Below, in pieces: positions 9,543-19,142 of a stretch of DNA of 64,000 nt. Both the position numbers and the translations under genes were made by a program. The notes beneath the pieces were generated by a model, which saw only the letters and a list, made by a program, of their open reading frames with translations, was not told the origin of the DNA and did no database searches. The DNA comes from Candidatus Omnitrophota bacterium. GTDB taxonomy: Bacteria; Omnitrophota; Gorgyraeia; Zapsychrales; Zapsychraceae. The stretch lies in assembly GCA_035292445.1 (NCBI GenBank), contig DATDQB010000002.1, positions 14,714 to 78,713 of the forward strand, given 5' to 3'. The stretch's first letter is position 1; each line of letters opens with the position of its first letter.

Positions 9543-9657
9543 TTGACACATTCGGGCCCCGCTTGGCGGGGCTCTCAGTGTCAACACTGAGTATACCTTA
9601 TTGTTTCAAATATTTATTTTTTGAGTTATAAATTAGGGGTATACGAATGTGTTGACA
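9543..9657. repeat. REP-like palindromic element bounded by TTGACA on both sides
   Basis: TTGACAC-ATTCG-[GCCCCGC/GCGGGGC]-CTCAG-TGTCAA-CA-CTGAG-[TATACC..GGTATA]-CGAAT-GTG-TTGACA; close paralogue at 26992-27110. Confidence 0.85.
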
Positions 9658-9680
9658 GTCTTTGGCTTTTCAGATATTAT
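9652..9680 (+). promoter_or_regulatory. sigma70 promoter of the mre operon; -35 is the repeat terminus
   Basis: TTGACA(9652-9657), 17 nt spacer, TATTAT(9675-9680). Confidence 0.7.
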
Positions 9681-9762
9681 GGAGCCTACATCTTCGGGGT
9701 TTTAAGCAACGCGCAGCCACAAATTGATATCTAACCGTGTTCTTATCTTAAAGGAACCATTC

Positions 9763-10836
9763 ATGTTACAGAAAGTCTTCAAACTCCTCAAAAAAGCCTT
9801 CAACTATATTCTCGGTTTATTTTCCAATGATATCGGCATCGATTTAGGGACGGCCACGACCCTCGTTTATGTCAAGGGCGAGGGGGTTGTTTTGTGTGAA
9901 CCTTCGGTCGTGGCGATAGAGAAGGATACCAACCGCGTGATCGCGGTCGGAGAGGAAGCTAAAAAGATGTTAGGCCGCACGCCGGGCAATATTGTGGCCA
10001 TTCGTCCCATGAAAGACGGGGTCATTTCAGATTTTGAAGTTACTGAGGCGATGCTCAAATATTTTATCAAGAAGGTCCATAAGAGAAAAACCTTGCTCAG
10101 CCCTTCCATGGTGATCGCAATCCCTTCCGGTATTACGGCCGTGGAAAAACGGGCGGTAAGGGATTCCGCCGAACGAGCGGGGGCACGCCATGTGGATTTG
10201 ATTGAAGAGCCCAAGGCGGCCGCTGTCGGCGTAGGTTTACCGGTTGAAGAAGCCGCTGGCAATATGATCATTGATGTGGGCGGCGGGACAACGGAGTTTG
10301 CGGTCATATCGTTGGGCGGGTTAGTATACTCCAAATCGATCCGTATCGCCGGCGATGAAATGGACATGGCTGTTGTCGAATATCTGCGAAAAACATACAA
10401 CCTGATGATCGGTGAACGCACCTCTGAAGAGATAAAGATCCGCATTGGTTCCGCTTATCCGCTGGAAGAAGAGCTCAACATGGACGTGCGCGGCCGCGAT
10501 CTGATTTCCGGCTTGCCCAAAACGATTTCCGTCACCTCCGTTGAGATACGCGAGGCGCTTCAGGATCCCGTGCAGGCCATCGTGGATGCCTCAAAATCCA
10601 CCTTGGAGCAGACCCCGCCGGAGTTGGCCGCGGATCTGATCGACCGGGGGATCGTCATGTGCGGCGGCGGCTCTTTGTTAAGAGGCCTTGATAAACGGAT
10701 CGCCGAGGAAACCGGGTTGCCTGTTCATATTGCTGATGATCCCTTAACGGCGGTCGTGTTGGGGACGGGCCAAATGCTCAATATGCCTGCCCGCCTGCGC
10801 CGGAGGATCATCGTTCCTTCGAAACTTGATTTTTAA
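9763..10836 (+). CDS. mreB: rod shape-determining actin MreB
   Basis: [39 protein letters not shown]; ATG 9763 preceded by AAGGA preferred over TTG 9724. Confidence 0.97.
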   Translation: MLQKVFKLLKKAFNYILGLFSNDIGIDLGTATTLVYVKGEGVVLCEPSVVAIEKDTNRVIAVGEEAKKMLGRTPGNIVAIRPMKDGVISDFEVTEAMLKYFIKKVHKRKTLLSPSMVIAIPSGITAVEKRAVRDSAERAGARHVDLIEEPKAAAVGVGLPVEEAAGNMIIDVGGGTTEFAVISLGGLVYSKSIRIAGDEMDMAVVEYLRKTYNLMIGERTSEEIKIRIGSAYPLEEELNMDVRGRDLISGLPKTISVTSVEIREALQDPVQAIVDASKSTLEQTPPELAADLIDRGIVMCGGGSLLRGLDKRIAEETGLPVHIADDPLTAVVLGTGQMLNMPARLRRRIIVPSKLDF

Positions 10837-10906
10837 TGGTTCGACGCGCTTCGCTTGCTCACCACTAGTCGAACCACCCTGAGCGAGCGTCAGCGAGTCG
10901 AAGGGT
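10837..10906. repeat. REP-like palindrome doublet between mreB and mreC
   Basis: TGGTTCGAC..GCTCACCA-CTA-GTCGAACCA-CCCTGAGC..GTCGAAGGGT. Confidence 0.75.
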
Positions 10907-10956
10907 CAGTGACAATTATCTGATGCAAATCGAATTCCGTCTAGAACGTCTCCCCC

Positions 10957-11757
10957 GTGTTTAGAAACCGTCGAAAGAACATCGTTTATGTTTTAATCCT
11001 TCTCGTTCCTTTTCTTATCTTCGTCGGCCGCTCCAAAGCCCTTATCTCTTTAAAATTCCATTTTGTCAATGCCTTCGCCGGGCCCATTGCGATCCTTTCC
11101 CTTCCTTTGAAAGAAATCAAAAAAATGCTTTTTTATCACCGTATTTATGATGAGTATGTGCGCCTGCGTTCGGCAAATAATGTCCTGAAAGTGCGGCTGA
11201 TGGGCATGGAGGAGCTGATACACGAAAATGTGCGGCTGGAGAAGCTGCTTGATTTTAAAAGGCAATTGATCCACTCATCGGTGGCGGCGCGGGTCATCGG
11301 GCGCAACCCTTCCAATTGGAACGCGGTGATGATCATTGACAAGGGGGCGCAGGACGGCATCAAATTGGGTATGCCGGTCGTGAGCGATCTGGGGGTCGTG
11401 GGCAAGGTCACCGAGGTCAGCCCTGACTCATCGAAAGTCATTCTTCTTACAGATCCGCAGTTCAGCGTGGCGGCGCTGGTCCAGGGCCCGCGGGAAGGGG
11501 GTTTGGTGACAGGGACGCTGCAGGGGGTTTTAAGGATGCGTTATATCGATGAGGACGCGCGGATACAAATAGGAGATAAAGTGATTACCTCCAAATGGAG
11601 CACCTCATTCCCCGAGGGGCTTTTGATCGGGGAGATCATTCGTTTGGAGAATAATCCGCGTTCGCCGAACATCCAGTGCCTGATCCGGCCGGCGGTTTCG
11701 CTCTCGCAGGTAGAAGAGGTCCTGGTCATTTTAACGGAAAATGAAATCAAGGAATAA
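10957..11757 (+). CDS. mreC: rod shape-determining protein MreC
   Basis: TM, coiled coil (ENVRLEKLL), ARVIGR, IDKG..DGI, GVVGKV, FPEGLLIG; synteny. Confidence 0.95.
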   Translation: MFRNRRKNIVYVLILLVPFLIFVGRSKALISLKFHFVNAFAGPIAILSLPLKEIKKMLFYHRIYDEYVRLRSANNVLKVRLMGMEELIHENVRLEKLLDFKRQLIHSSVAARVIGRNPSNWNAVMIIDKGAQDGIKLGMPVVSDLGVVGKVTEVSPDSSKVILLTDPQFSVAALVQGPREGGLVTGTLQGVLRMRYIDEDARIQIGDKVITSKWSTSFPEGLLIGEIIRLENNPRSPNIQCLIRPAVSLSQVEEVLVILTENEIKE

Positions 11758-11763
11758 TGTTCC

Positions 11764-12249
11764 ATGAAGCGCTTGATCGTTATCACCCTGTTGGTCTTCG
11801 TTTTTTTTCTTCTGGAATTCTTTATTTTTAATCTCATCGGCGGGTGGTTAACGCCGAGTCTGCTGATCCTCCTTATCATTTTCTTTAACCTTTATCTGGG
11901 GATCCGCTACGGTTTATACACGGCCATTCTGGCGGGCGTTCTCAAGGACAGCTTCAGCTCGACATTCTTTGGGTTGAATATCGTCACTTTTATCGTGTGC
12001 GCGTACTTGACGACTGTCCTGAGAAAGTACATTTATTACCGCGGCTCACGGTTGTCGCGGCTGCTCCTTGTGTTTCTCATTTGTTTGGTCGATTTTATCT
12101 GCCGTCTGGTCCTTCACGCCATATTAGGCTCTTTGGATGCGGCGGGGGCTTTTAAATTCGTCCTTTTCTCGGGGGTCGTGACCACACTCCTTGCAACCAC
12201 GTATACGTTCCAGCAGCTCAAACGATGCGTCTCAAAATTATTCGTTTAG
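11764..12249 (+). CDS. mreD: rod shape-determining protein MreD
   Basis: very hydrophobic 161 aa, GVLKDSFS..FG; lies between mreC and mrdA. Confidence 0.85.
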   Translation: MKRLIVITLLVFVFFLLEFFIFNLIGGWLTPSLLILLIIFFNLYLGIRYGLYTAILAGVLKDSFSSTFFGLNIVTFIVCAYLTTVLRKYIYYRGSRLSRLLLVFLICLVDFICRLVLHAILGSLDAAGAFKFVLFSGVVTTLLATTYTFQQLKRCVSKLFV

Positions 12250-13937
12250 TCATCATCGCTTTATTCATTGTCCTTGTCCTCGAGCTTTTTTATGTCCAGG
12301 TCATCCGGGGGCAGCATTATTATAACCTGAGCTTGAACAACCGCATCCGCATTGTCCCGCTCGAAGGCTGGCGCGGGCGCATCAAGGACCGTCATGAGAA
12401 GGTATTGGCCGATAGCAGGATCTCTTACAATATCCTTGTCAGCCCGCAGGATATCGTCAATATCCAGGAGCTGTTCCAATTTCTAAGCCAGGTGCTGGGG
12501 GTGGACCAGCCGACACTTATCGATGCCTACCGCCGTAAAAAATTTACGCCGTTCGCGCCGGTTGCGGTGGCTGAAAACGTTGACCGGCAAAAGGCCATAA
12601 AAATCGAGGAAAATAAATTTCGTTTTCCTAGCCTTATGATCCAGGAAAGCTTCAAGCGGTTCTATCCTTTGGAGCGAAGCGGGGCGCACGTTATCGGTTA
12701 TGTCGGCAAGTTGTCGCAAGAGCGGATGAAATCGTTTAAGGAATACGGGTATTCGCCACCGAGCATGGTCGGTTATTCGGGGGTCGAAGAATATTACGAT
12801 GACGTCCTCAAGGGCGGCAGCGGCGGTATCCAAATTGAGGTCAATAACCGCGGCCAGCAGGTGAGGTTGCTGAGCATCAAGGAGCCTACCAAGGGAGAGG
12901 ACATTACCTTAACCATTGATGGAGAGATCCAACGGATCGCCCAGGAGCTGATCGAAGGGCGGGTGGGGACGATCGTTGTCATGGACATGGCCAATGGCGA
13001 GGTCCTGGGGCTTGTCAGCTCCCCGGCCTTTGACCCGAATTATTTTGTGGATCATAAATTCAGTGAGGAATTGAAAGCGATCCTGCGCCATCCGCTTTCG
13101 CCTTTACTGAATCGGGCGATCAAGGGGCAATATCCGCCGGGCTCGGTCTTTAAAGTGATCATGGCTTTGGGCGGGTTGGACAGCAAGAAGATCACGCAAT
13201 ATACGACGTTCAACTGTCCTGGATATTTCCAATATGGCGGTAAGACCTTCGGCGATACCTGCCGGTACGGCGAGCAGAATCTTATCGAAGCCATTGCTCA
13301 TTCGTGCAATGTTTATTTTTATCATGTAGGGTTGCTGATAGGGGCCGATTTGATCCATAAAAATGCCCGCCTGCTCACCTTGGGAGACCTGACGGGAATT
13401 GACCTGCCTTATGAAGAAAAGGGTTTTATCCCCCATCGTCGGGTTTATTTGGCGGCCAGAAAAAGTTGGTACGCAGGTAACACGATCAATATGTCCATCG
13501 GGCAAGGGGATATCCTGACAACGCCGCTTCAGTTGGTTAAGATGATGGCGACCGTCGCTAACGAAGGCAAGGAAGTCCAGCCTCATGTGATCAAAAGAAT
13601 CGGTGAGAGTACCGTCAGCAGATATGATTTTATACGTGAGGTGAAATTGGACAGCAAAATTTTTGATATCGTCAAGAAGGGGCTACGGGCCGCGGTCACA
13701 GACCAGAACGGGACGGCGCGCGATTTGAATATGAACGAAATCTTTGTGGCTGGAAAAACAGGGACCGCCCAAAGCGCCCCGAACAAAGATCATCATGCCT
13801 GGTTCGTCGGGTACGCCCAGGGGGAATCGAAAAATATCGCTTTTTGCGTCTTTCTGGAATACGGCGGTTCCAGCCATAACGCGACGGCCCTGGCCAAGCA
13901 GTTGCTTAAGCTGATGCATGAGGAAAGTTTGTTGTGA
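12225..13937 (+). CDS. mrdA: penicillin-binding protein 2 (class B)
   Basis: RGRIKDR, YPPGSVFK (SxxK), HSCN (SxN), AGKTGTAQ, HAWFVG. Confidence 0.95.
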   Translation: MRLKIIRLVIIALFIVLVLELFYVQVIRGQHYYNLSLNNRIRIVPLEGWRGRIKDRHEKVLADSRISYNILVSPQDIVNIQELFQFLSQVLGVDQPTLIDAYRRKKFTPFAPVAVAENVDRQKAIKIEENKFRFPSLMIQESFKRFYPLERSGAHVIGYVGKLSQERMKSFKEYGYSPPSMVGYSGVEEYYDDVLKGGSGGIQIEVNNRGQQVRLLSIKEPTKGEDITLTIDGEIQRIAQELIEGRVGTIVVMDMANGEVLGLVSSPAFDPNYFVDHKFSEELKAILRHPLSPLLNRAIKGQYPPGSVFKVIMALGGLDSKKITQYTTFNCPGYFQYGGKTFGDTCRYGEQNLIEAIAHSCNVYFYHVGLLIGADLIHKNARLLTLGDLTGIDLPYEEKGFIPHRRVYLAARKSWYAGNTINMSIGQGDILTTPLQLVKMMATVANEGKEVQPHVIKRIGESTVSRYDFIREVKLDSKIFDIVKKGLRAAVTDQNGTARDLNMNEIFVAGKTGTAQSAPNKDHHAWFVGYAQGESKNIAFCVFLEYGGSSHNATALAKQLLKLMHEESLL

Positions 13938-15040
13938 AAAAGGATCTAGACCGTAAAATTTGGACTTATACCGTTTGTATTATTGCCGTGGGGCTGGTGG
14001 CCCTTTACAGCGCTTCCTATGAAAACGTCCGCGTGCCGCACAGCATTTTTTATGATCAACTGATTTTCTCTTTGTTTGGTTTGGGGATCATGTATTTCAT
14101 CGGCAAACTGGATTACCGTAAATTCTACGACGCGGCCTATATTTTTTATATCATTAATATTATCTTGCTTGTTCTGGTGCTGGTCAGTGGTCGGCATGCC
14201 TTGGGCGCCAGGCGCTGGCTTGAGATAGGTGGTTTAAGCTTTCAGCCGTCGGAATTTGCAAAATTAGCTGTCATTTTGATGCTGGGGCGTTATTTCAGCG
14301 ACAGGCATCCGACCCTTTCGTTCGATTTCATGACAAAGGCCCAGGCATTTTTTTTGAACCTCTTTATGCCCTTCACCATGACGGCCATCTTAATGTTTTT
14401 TATCTTCAAGCAGCCGGATCTGGGCACGGCGTTTCTTCTTTTCGGGATGTTTTTGGTCATGCTTTTTGCCAGCGGCATCGAGTACCGGTATTTTTTTGGT
14501 TTCCTGGCCTTTTGCCTTGCGTTGGTTCCCTTTGGCTGGCATGTCCTTGAGCCTTATCAAAAGGATCGGTTGCTTGTTTTCTTGAATCCCAACATTGACC
14601 CTTTGGGCGCGGGTTATACGATCATTCAATCGAAGATTGCCATCGGTTCGGGGCAGATTTTCGGCAAAGGTTGGTTGTCGGGCACACAAAACCAGCTGAA
14701 TTTTCTTCCTGAGCGCCATACGGATTTTATTTTTTCGGTTTTGGGAGAAGAGTGGGGGTTGTTGGGCACGGTATTGCTGGTGTATCTTTATTTTCGGTTG
14801 ATTCAAAATATCCTCAAGATTGCCGAGCAGGTGAAGGACCGCTTCGGCACGCTGGTTGTGGTTGGCATCGTTGCCATTTTGACGCTCCAGGTCATTATTA
14901 ATATTGGGATGGTGATCGGCCTTTTCCCTGTTGTCGGTTTGACACTTCCCTTTGTCAGTTACGGGCGTTCGTCGTTTCTGGTTTTCATTATCATGATGGG
15001 GTTTTTGCTTAATTTAAGCAAGCGGCGGACGATTTTTTAA
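13934..15040 (+). CDS. rodA: SEDS peptidoglycan polymerase RodA
   Basis: GARRW, FQPSEFAK, QPDLGT, PERHTDFIF, LPFVSYG. Confidence 0.95.
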   Translation: MKKDLDRKIWTYTVCIIAVGLVALYSASYENVRVPHSIFYDQLIFSLFGLGIMYFIGKLDYRKFYDAAYIFYIINIILLVLVLVSGRHALGARRWLEIGGLSFQPSEFAKLAVILMLGRYFSDRHPTLSFDFMTKAQAFFLNLFMPFTMTAILMFFIFKQPDLGTAFLLFGMFLVMLFASGIEYRYFFGFLAFCLALVPFGWHVLEPYQKDRLLVFLNPNIDPLGAGYTIIQSKIAIGSGQIFGKGWLSGTQNQLNFLPERHTDFIFSVLGEEWGLLGTVLLVYLYFRLIQNILKIAEQVKDRFGTLVVVGIVAILTLQVIINIGMVIGLFPVVGLTLPFVSYGRSSFLVFIIMMGFLLNLSKRRTIF

Positions 15041-15074
15041 AGAAATTTAGTATTATAACTAATATAATTACTAT

Positions 15075-15103
15075 TTGAGTCCTTCTGCTAGCTATAGTAA
15101 AAT
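15075..15103 (+). promoter_or_regulatory. candidate promoter for the pilus motor genes
   Basis: TTGAGT(15075-15080), 17 nt spacer, TAAAAT(15098-15103) in an AT-rich intergenic region. Confidence 0.45.
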
Positions 15104-15142
15104 TATATCTATTATTAACTGGCTAAAAAGCGGTTCTCTATC

Positions 15143-15595
15143 ATGAAACAGTTTAAAAAGACGACTAACAAGCAGTTGGGCGAGCTTCTTATTGAGCGCG
15201 GTTTTATCAACCATGAGCAGCTTCATATCGCCATTGAACAGCAAAAGAAACACGGCGGCCTCTTGGGGGAAATCTTGGTAGATTTAAAATTCGCAACCGA
15301 GAAAGATATTGCCCAGGCCTTGACCGCCCAGTACGGATTTCCGTACCTGCCCTTATCCAATTATGAAATCGATCAAGAAGTCATTGAGTCCATCCCTGAA
15401 AATATCTGCCGGAAATTTTGTTTAATTCCCATCGACCGCATCGGCAAAAGTTTGACCCTGGCGATGGCCAACCCTTTGAATATTCAGGCCGCCGAAGACG
15501 TTGAGCTCATTACCGGCTGCAGCGTTCAGGTGTTTGTCAGCACCTCCACCGAAGTTAAACAGACGATCGACAAGTATTACAAAAAGTCTTCCTAA
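15143..15595 (+). CDS. stand-alone MshEN-like plus T2SSE_N (PilB/GspE N-domain) protein with no ATPase domain
   Basis: QLGELLIERGFINHEQLHIAIEQQ..LLGEILVDL..ALTAQ, then IP....RKFCLIPID..LTLAMANPL; clean stop overlapping the next ATG (TAATG). Confidence 0.85.
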   Translation: MKQFKKTTNKQLGELLIERGFINHEQLHIAIEQQKKHGGLLGEILVDLKFATEKDIAQALTAQYGFPYLPLSNYEIDQEVIESIPENICRKFCLIPIDRIGKSLTLAMANPLNIQAAEDVELITGCSVQVFVSTSTEVKQTIDKYYKKSS

Positions 15596-17349
15596 TGGCG
15601 TCTTTAAAGGAACGAATAAAACAAATCCTCCTTCGCGACAAGCTCATTGAGCCGGCCCAGCTTAATAAAGCCCTGGAAGAGCAGAAGGAAAGCGGCGAAG
15701 AACTCAGTAAAATCCTTGTTAATTTGAAACTCATCGAAGAGGACACGTTAAGTCAAATCCTCAGCGAAAGTTTAGGCCTACCGCAGATTGATATTGCCCG
15801 CCTTCAGATCGACCCAAGCGTCGTTAAACTTATCCCTAAAGAATTGGCAGAGAAATATAAGCTTATCGCAGTTTCCTTGATGGGAGAAAACCTTTCTCTC
15901 GCCATGGCCGATCCACTGAACATTTTTGCCATTGATAATGTGAAGGCCTTGACGGGCTATACCATTAATCCCATTATCGGCAGGGCCAAAGATATTGCGA
16001 CGGCGATCCAGAAATATTATTACGAGGCTCAGGAGGAAGTCGAGGAAACATCCGCCAAATTCGATGAGATTATCAAAGATATTCAGTTGGAAGAGAAAAT
16101 GGAATTGGTCAAAGAGGTTGACGCGGATGTCGGAGGGCTTTCCATTGAGGAATTAACGCAAGAAGCGCCTATTATCCGTCTGTGTGACACGATCATTCAG
16201 CAGGCTGTCGTGGCCAAAGCCAGCGACATTTTTATTGAACCCATGGATAAAACGGTGCGCGTGCGCTACCGCATTGACGGCGTCATCCAGGAGATCGATC
16301 GTATGGCGAAGGTGATTCATCTGCCGTTGGTTTCGCGCATCAAAGTCATATCGACTTTGGACATATCCGAACACCGCCTGCCCCAGGACGGGCGGTTTAA
16401 AACGATCATTTCCGGGAATCGCGAAGTCGATTTCCGTGTCAACGTCCTTCCAACGGCGATGGGGGAAAAGGTTGTTTTGAGAGTTTTGGATAAAGACACC
16501 TCCGTTTTAAATATTGAGAGGCTGGGCTTTGATGCAGACTCGCTCAAGCGCTTGGAGGAATGTTATAAAAAGCCCCATGGAATGATCTTGGCTTGCGGGC
16601 CGACGGGATCGGGAAAGACAACGACGTTGTACTCCATTTTAAAATCGTTGGACTCACCAAAGAAGAATATCGTTACGGTGGAAGACCCCGTAGAATACCA
16701 AATGAAAGGGATTAATCAGGTCAATGTTAAAGCTGCTACGGGGCTGACCTTTGCCACCAGCTTGCGTTCTATTCTGCGCCAGGACCCGGATATTATCATG
16801 ATTGGGGAGGTCAGAGATTCCGAAACATTGGATATTGCCGTTAAAGCGGCTTTGACGGGGCATTTGGTCCTAAGCTCATTGCATACGACGACTGCTGCCG
16901 GTTCCATTGTCCGTATGGAAAACATGGGGATCGCTCCTTTTTTGATCTGTTCCAGCGTTTTGGTCATCATCGCCCAAAGGCTCATACGAAAGGTTTGTCC
17001 TCATTGCAAGGAGTCCTATTCTTTGTCCGCTATGGTGTCGGAGAAAGTCGGGTTAACGAGATTATATCCGAGCAAAGCCAAGTTTGAGTTGTTTCGCGGC
17101 GTGGGTTGCAAGAAATGTTTCAAGATGGGCTATGCGGGGCGGGTGGTGATCGCGGAGGTGTTGATTTTTTCTCCCAAACTTAAAGAGATCATCCTTAACC
17201 GGGCCGGAGAAATCAAACTTAAAGAAGCGGCCCGCCGGGAAGGGATGAAAACCATGCGGGAAGACGGGCTGATGAAGGCGGTGGAAGGCATCACCACTCT
17301 CGAAGAAGTCTTGCGCGTTACAGCACCGGATGAAGCGCTTAAGAAATAA
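15595..17349 (+). CDS. pilB: type IV pilus/T2SS assembly ATPase (PilB/GspE family), copy 1
   Basis: ASDIFIEP, RLPQDGR, GPTGSGKTT, EDPVEY, RQDPDIIMIGEVRD, CPHC..CKKC. Confidence 0.92.
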   Translation: MASLKERIKQILLRDKLIEPAQLNKALEEQKESGEELSKILVNLKLIEEDTLSQILSESLGLPQIDIARLQIDPSVVKLIPKELAEKYKLIAVSLMGENLSLAMADPLNIFAIDNVKALTGYTINPIIGRAKDIATAIQKYYYEAQEEVEETSAKFDEIIKDIQLEEKMELVKEVDADVGGLSIEELTQEAPIIRLCDTIIQQAVVAKASDIFIEPMDKTVRVRYRIDGVIQEIDRMAKVIHLPLVSRIKVISTLDISEHRLPQDGRFKTIISGNREVDFRVNVLPTAMGEKVVLRVLDKDTSVLNIERLGFDADSLKRLEECYKKPHGMILACGPTGSGKTTTLYSILKSLDSPKKNIVTVEDPVEYQMKGINQVNVKAATGLTFATSLRSILRQDPDIIMIGEVRDSETLDIAVKAALTGHLVLSSLHTTTAAGSIVRMENMGIAPFLICSSVLVIIAQRLIRKVCPHCKESYSLSAMVSEKVGLTRLYPSKAKFELFRGVGCKKCFKMGYAGRVVIAEVLIFSPKLKEIILNRAGEIKLKEAARREGMKTMREDGLMKAVEGITTLEEVLRVTAPDEALKK

Positions 17350-17354
17350 TCGTT

Positions 17355-19064
17355 ATGGCCAGCACGCTCAAAGATAAAATCTTAAAGACATTGATCGAGA
17401 CCCAAGGGCTCAAAAAGCACGATATTGATGCGGCCATTGATCTGCAAAAAAGAAAAGGCATCAGCCTCGATAAGGCGCTCATGGAAAAGGGCCTTATCAA
17501 GGAAAAAGATTATTTGATCCTTCTGGTCCGCGAGCTTAATATCCCGTTTATTAATTTAAGCAAGTACAATATTGACCCCGCCCTGAAAGAAATCTTCCCG
17601 GAAAGAATCGCGCGCCAGTACAAAGTCATTCCCCTTTCGGCGTTGACCGACACTTTGACGGTCGCCATGAGCGACCCGTTGAACATTTTTATCATTGATG
17701 ACTTGAAGAGTATCACGGGCAAACAGATCGATGTGGTCATCAGCACCAATTCGGAAGTCGAGAAGGCGCTGGATAATTATTACGGTAAGGAATCGACGGA
17801 GTCGGTAACGGATATCAGCAAAGATATCCATGTGGAAGATTTTGAGATCGTGACGGAAGAGGTGGCCCGGCAGGATGTCGATACGGTGGTGGATGAAAGC
17901 GAAAAGGCGCCGATCATCCGGATGGTGAATTTGATCATTCAGGATGCGCTGCGCAAAAAAGCCTCCGACATCCATATGGAGCCGATGGAAGACGGGGTGC
18001 GGGTGCGTTTTCGTATCGACGGGATTTTGAGGGATGTTTTAACGGTTCCTAAGGCTAACCAGAATGCGGTGACTGTCCGCATCAAGATCATGTCGCGTTT
18101 GGACATCACCGTCAACCAGGTGCCGCAGGATGGGCGTTTTAAGTTGAAGTTGGGAAATAAAGAAGTCGATTTTCGTGTCTCCATCCTGCCGACCAGCCAT
18201 GGGCAGAAAATCGTCATGCGGGTTTTGGACAAGGTCAATTTGACCGTCGGCCTTGACGGGCTGGGCTTCAATCCCAAGGCGCTTGAGATCATGAAAGAAG
18301 GCATCAAAAAGCCGTTCGGCATGATCATTGTCACAGGCCCGACAGGAAGCGGGAAATCAACGACCCTTTATTCCATCGTCAATGCTTTGAATTCGGTCGA
18401 TAAGAATATCATCACTATAGAGGATCCGGTTGAATATCTGATCGAAGGGTTGACGCAGATCCAGGCCCGCCCGGAGATCGGCCTTACTTTTGCCGAGGGG
18501 CTAAGGGCCGTTTTGCGCCAAAGCCCCGACATCGTGATGGTCGGCGAGATCCGCGATAACGAAACCGCCGATATCGCCATTAAAGCGTCGTTAACGGGGC
18601 AGCTGGTTTTATCGACGCTTCACACCAACGATGCCTCCGGCGCTCTGACCAGGTTGGTTGATATGGACGTAGAGCCGTTTTTGGTGGCCTCCAGCATTGT
18701 CTTGGTGACCGCCCAACGGCTTTGCCGAAAGATTTGTCCGAGATGTAAAAAGGAAGAAGATGTCCCCAAGAAGGTTCTGGACCAGATGGAGTACAAATTG
18801 AAAGCGGGGACGAAATTTTATCACGGTAAAGGTTGCCCCGTGTGCAATGATACTGGATACCAAGGCCGCATTGCCGTTACCGAAATACTCGAAATCAACG
18901 ATACGGTGCGGGAAATGCTTTTGGGAGGGAAAACATCCGATGATATTAAGGAATACGCCCGTAAGGAACTCCAAATGGCAACGCTTTGGGAAGACGCGAT
19001 GAATAAATGCCTTAACGGTATCACCAGTTTGGAAGAGGTTTTACGCGTTACCAGTGAAGATTAA
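17355..19064 (+). CDS. pilB: type IV pilus/T2SS assembly ATPase (PilB/GspE family), copy 2
   Basis: ASDIHMEP, PQDGR, GPTGSGKST, EDPVEY, RQSPDIVMVGEIRD, STLHTNDA, CPRC..CPVC. Confidence 0.92.
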   Translation: MASTLKDKILKTLIETQGLKKHDIDAAIDLQKRKGISLDKALMEKGLIKEKDYLILLVRELNIPFINLSKYNIDPALKEIFPERIARQYKVIPLSALTDTLTVAMSDPLNIFIIDDLKSITGKQIDVVISTNSEVEKALDNYYGKESTESVTDISKDIHVEDFEIVTEEVARQDVDTVVDESEKAPIIRMVNLIIQDALRKKASDIHMEPMEDGVRVRFRIDGILRDVLTVPKANQNAVTVRIKIMSRLDITVNQVPQDGRFKLKLGNKEVDFRVSILPTSHGQKIVMRVLDKVNLTVGLDGLGFNPKALEIMKEGIKKPFGMIIVTGPTGSGKSTTLYSIVNALNSVDKNIITIEDPVEYLIEGLTQIQARPEIGLTFAEGLRAVLRQSPDIVMVGEIRDNETADIAIKASLTGQLVLSTLHTNDASGALTRLVDMDVEPFLVASSIVLVTAQRLCRKICPRCKKEEDVPKKVLDQMEYKLKAGTKFYHGKGCPVCNDTGYQGRIAVTEILEINDTVREMLLGGKTSDDIKEYARKELQMATLWEDAMNKCLNGITSLEEVLRVTSED

Positions 19065-19095
19065 ATGGTTTTTGTATTTTCAATTATTGTTTTAA

Positions 19096-19104
19096 TGGTA
19101 AAAT
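19096..19104 (+). promoter_or_regulatory. extended -10 internal promoter candidate
   Basis: TG-G-TAAAAT in an AT-rich 78 nt gap. Confidence 0.4.
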
Positions 19105-19142
19105 GATTGTAAACTTTAACTGGAAAGGTTTTTAAAAATACG

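Noticed and set aside
15143-15595. Small MshEN ORF as a frameshifted piece or pseudogene of pilB
   Set aside because: PilB1 has its own full N-domain, the junction is a TAATG coupling, and a second diverged copy of the same length exists.
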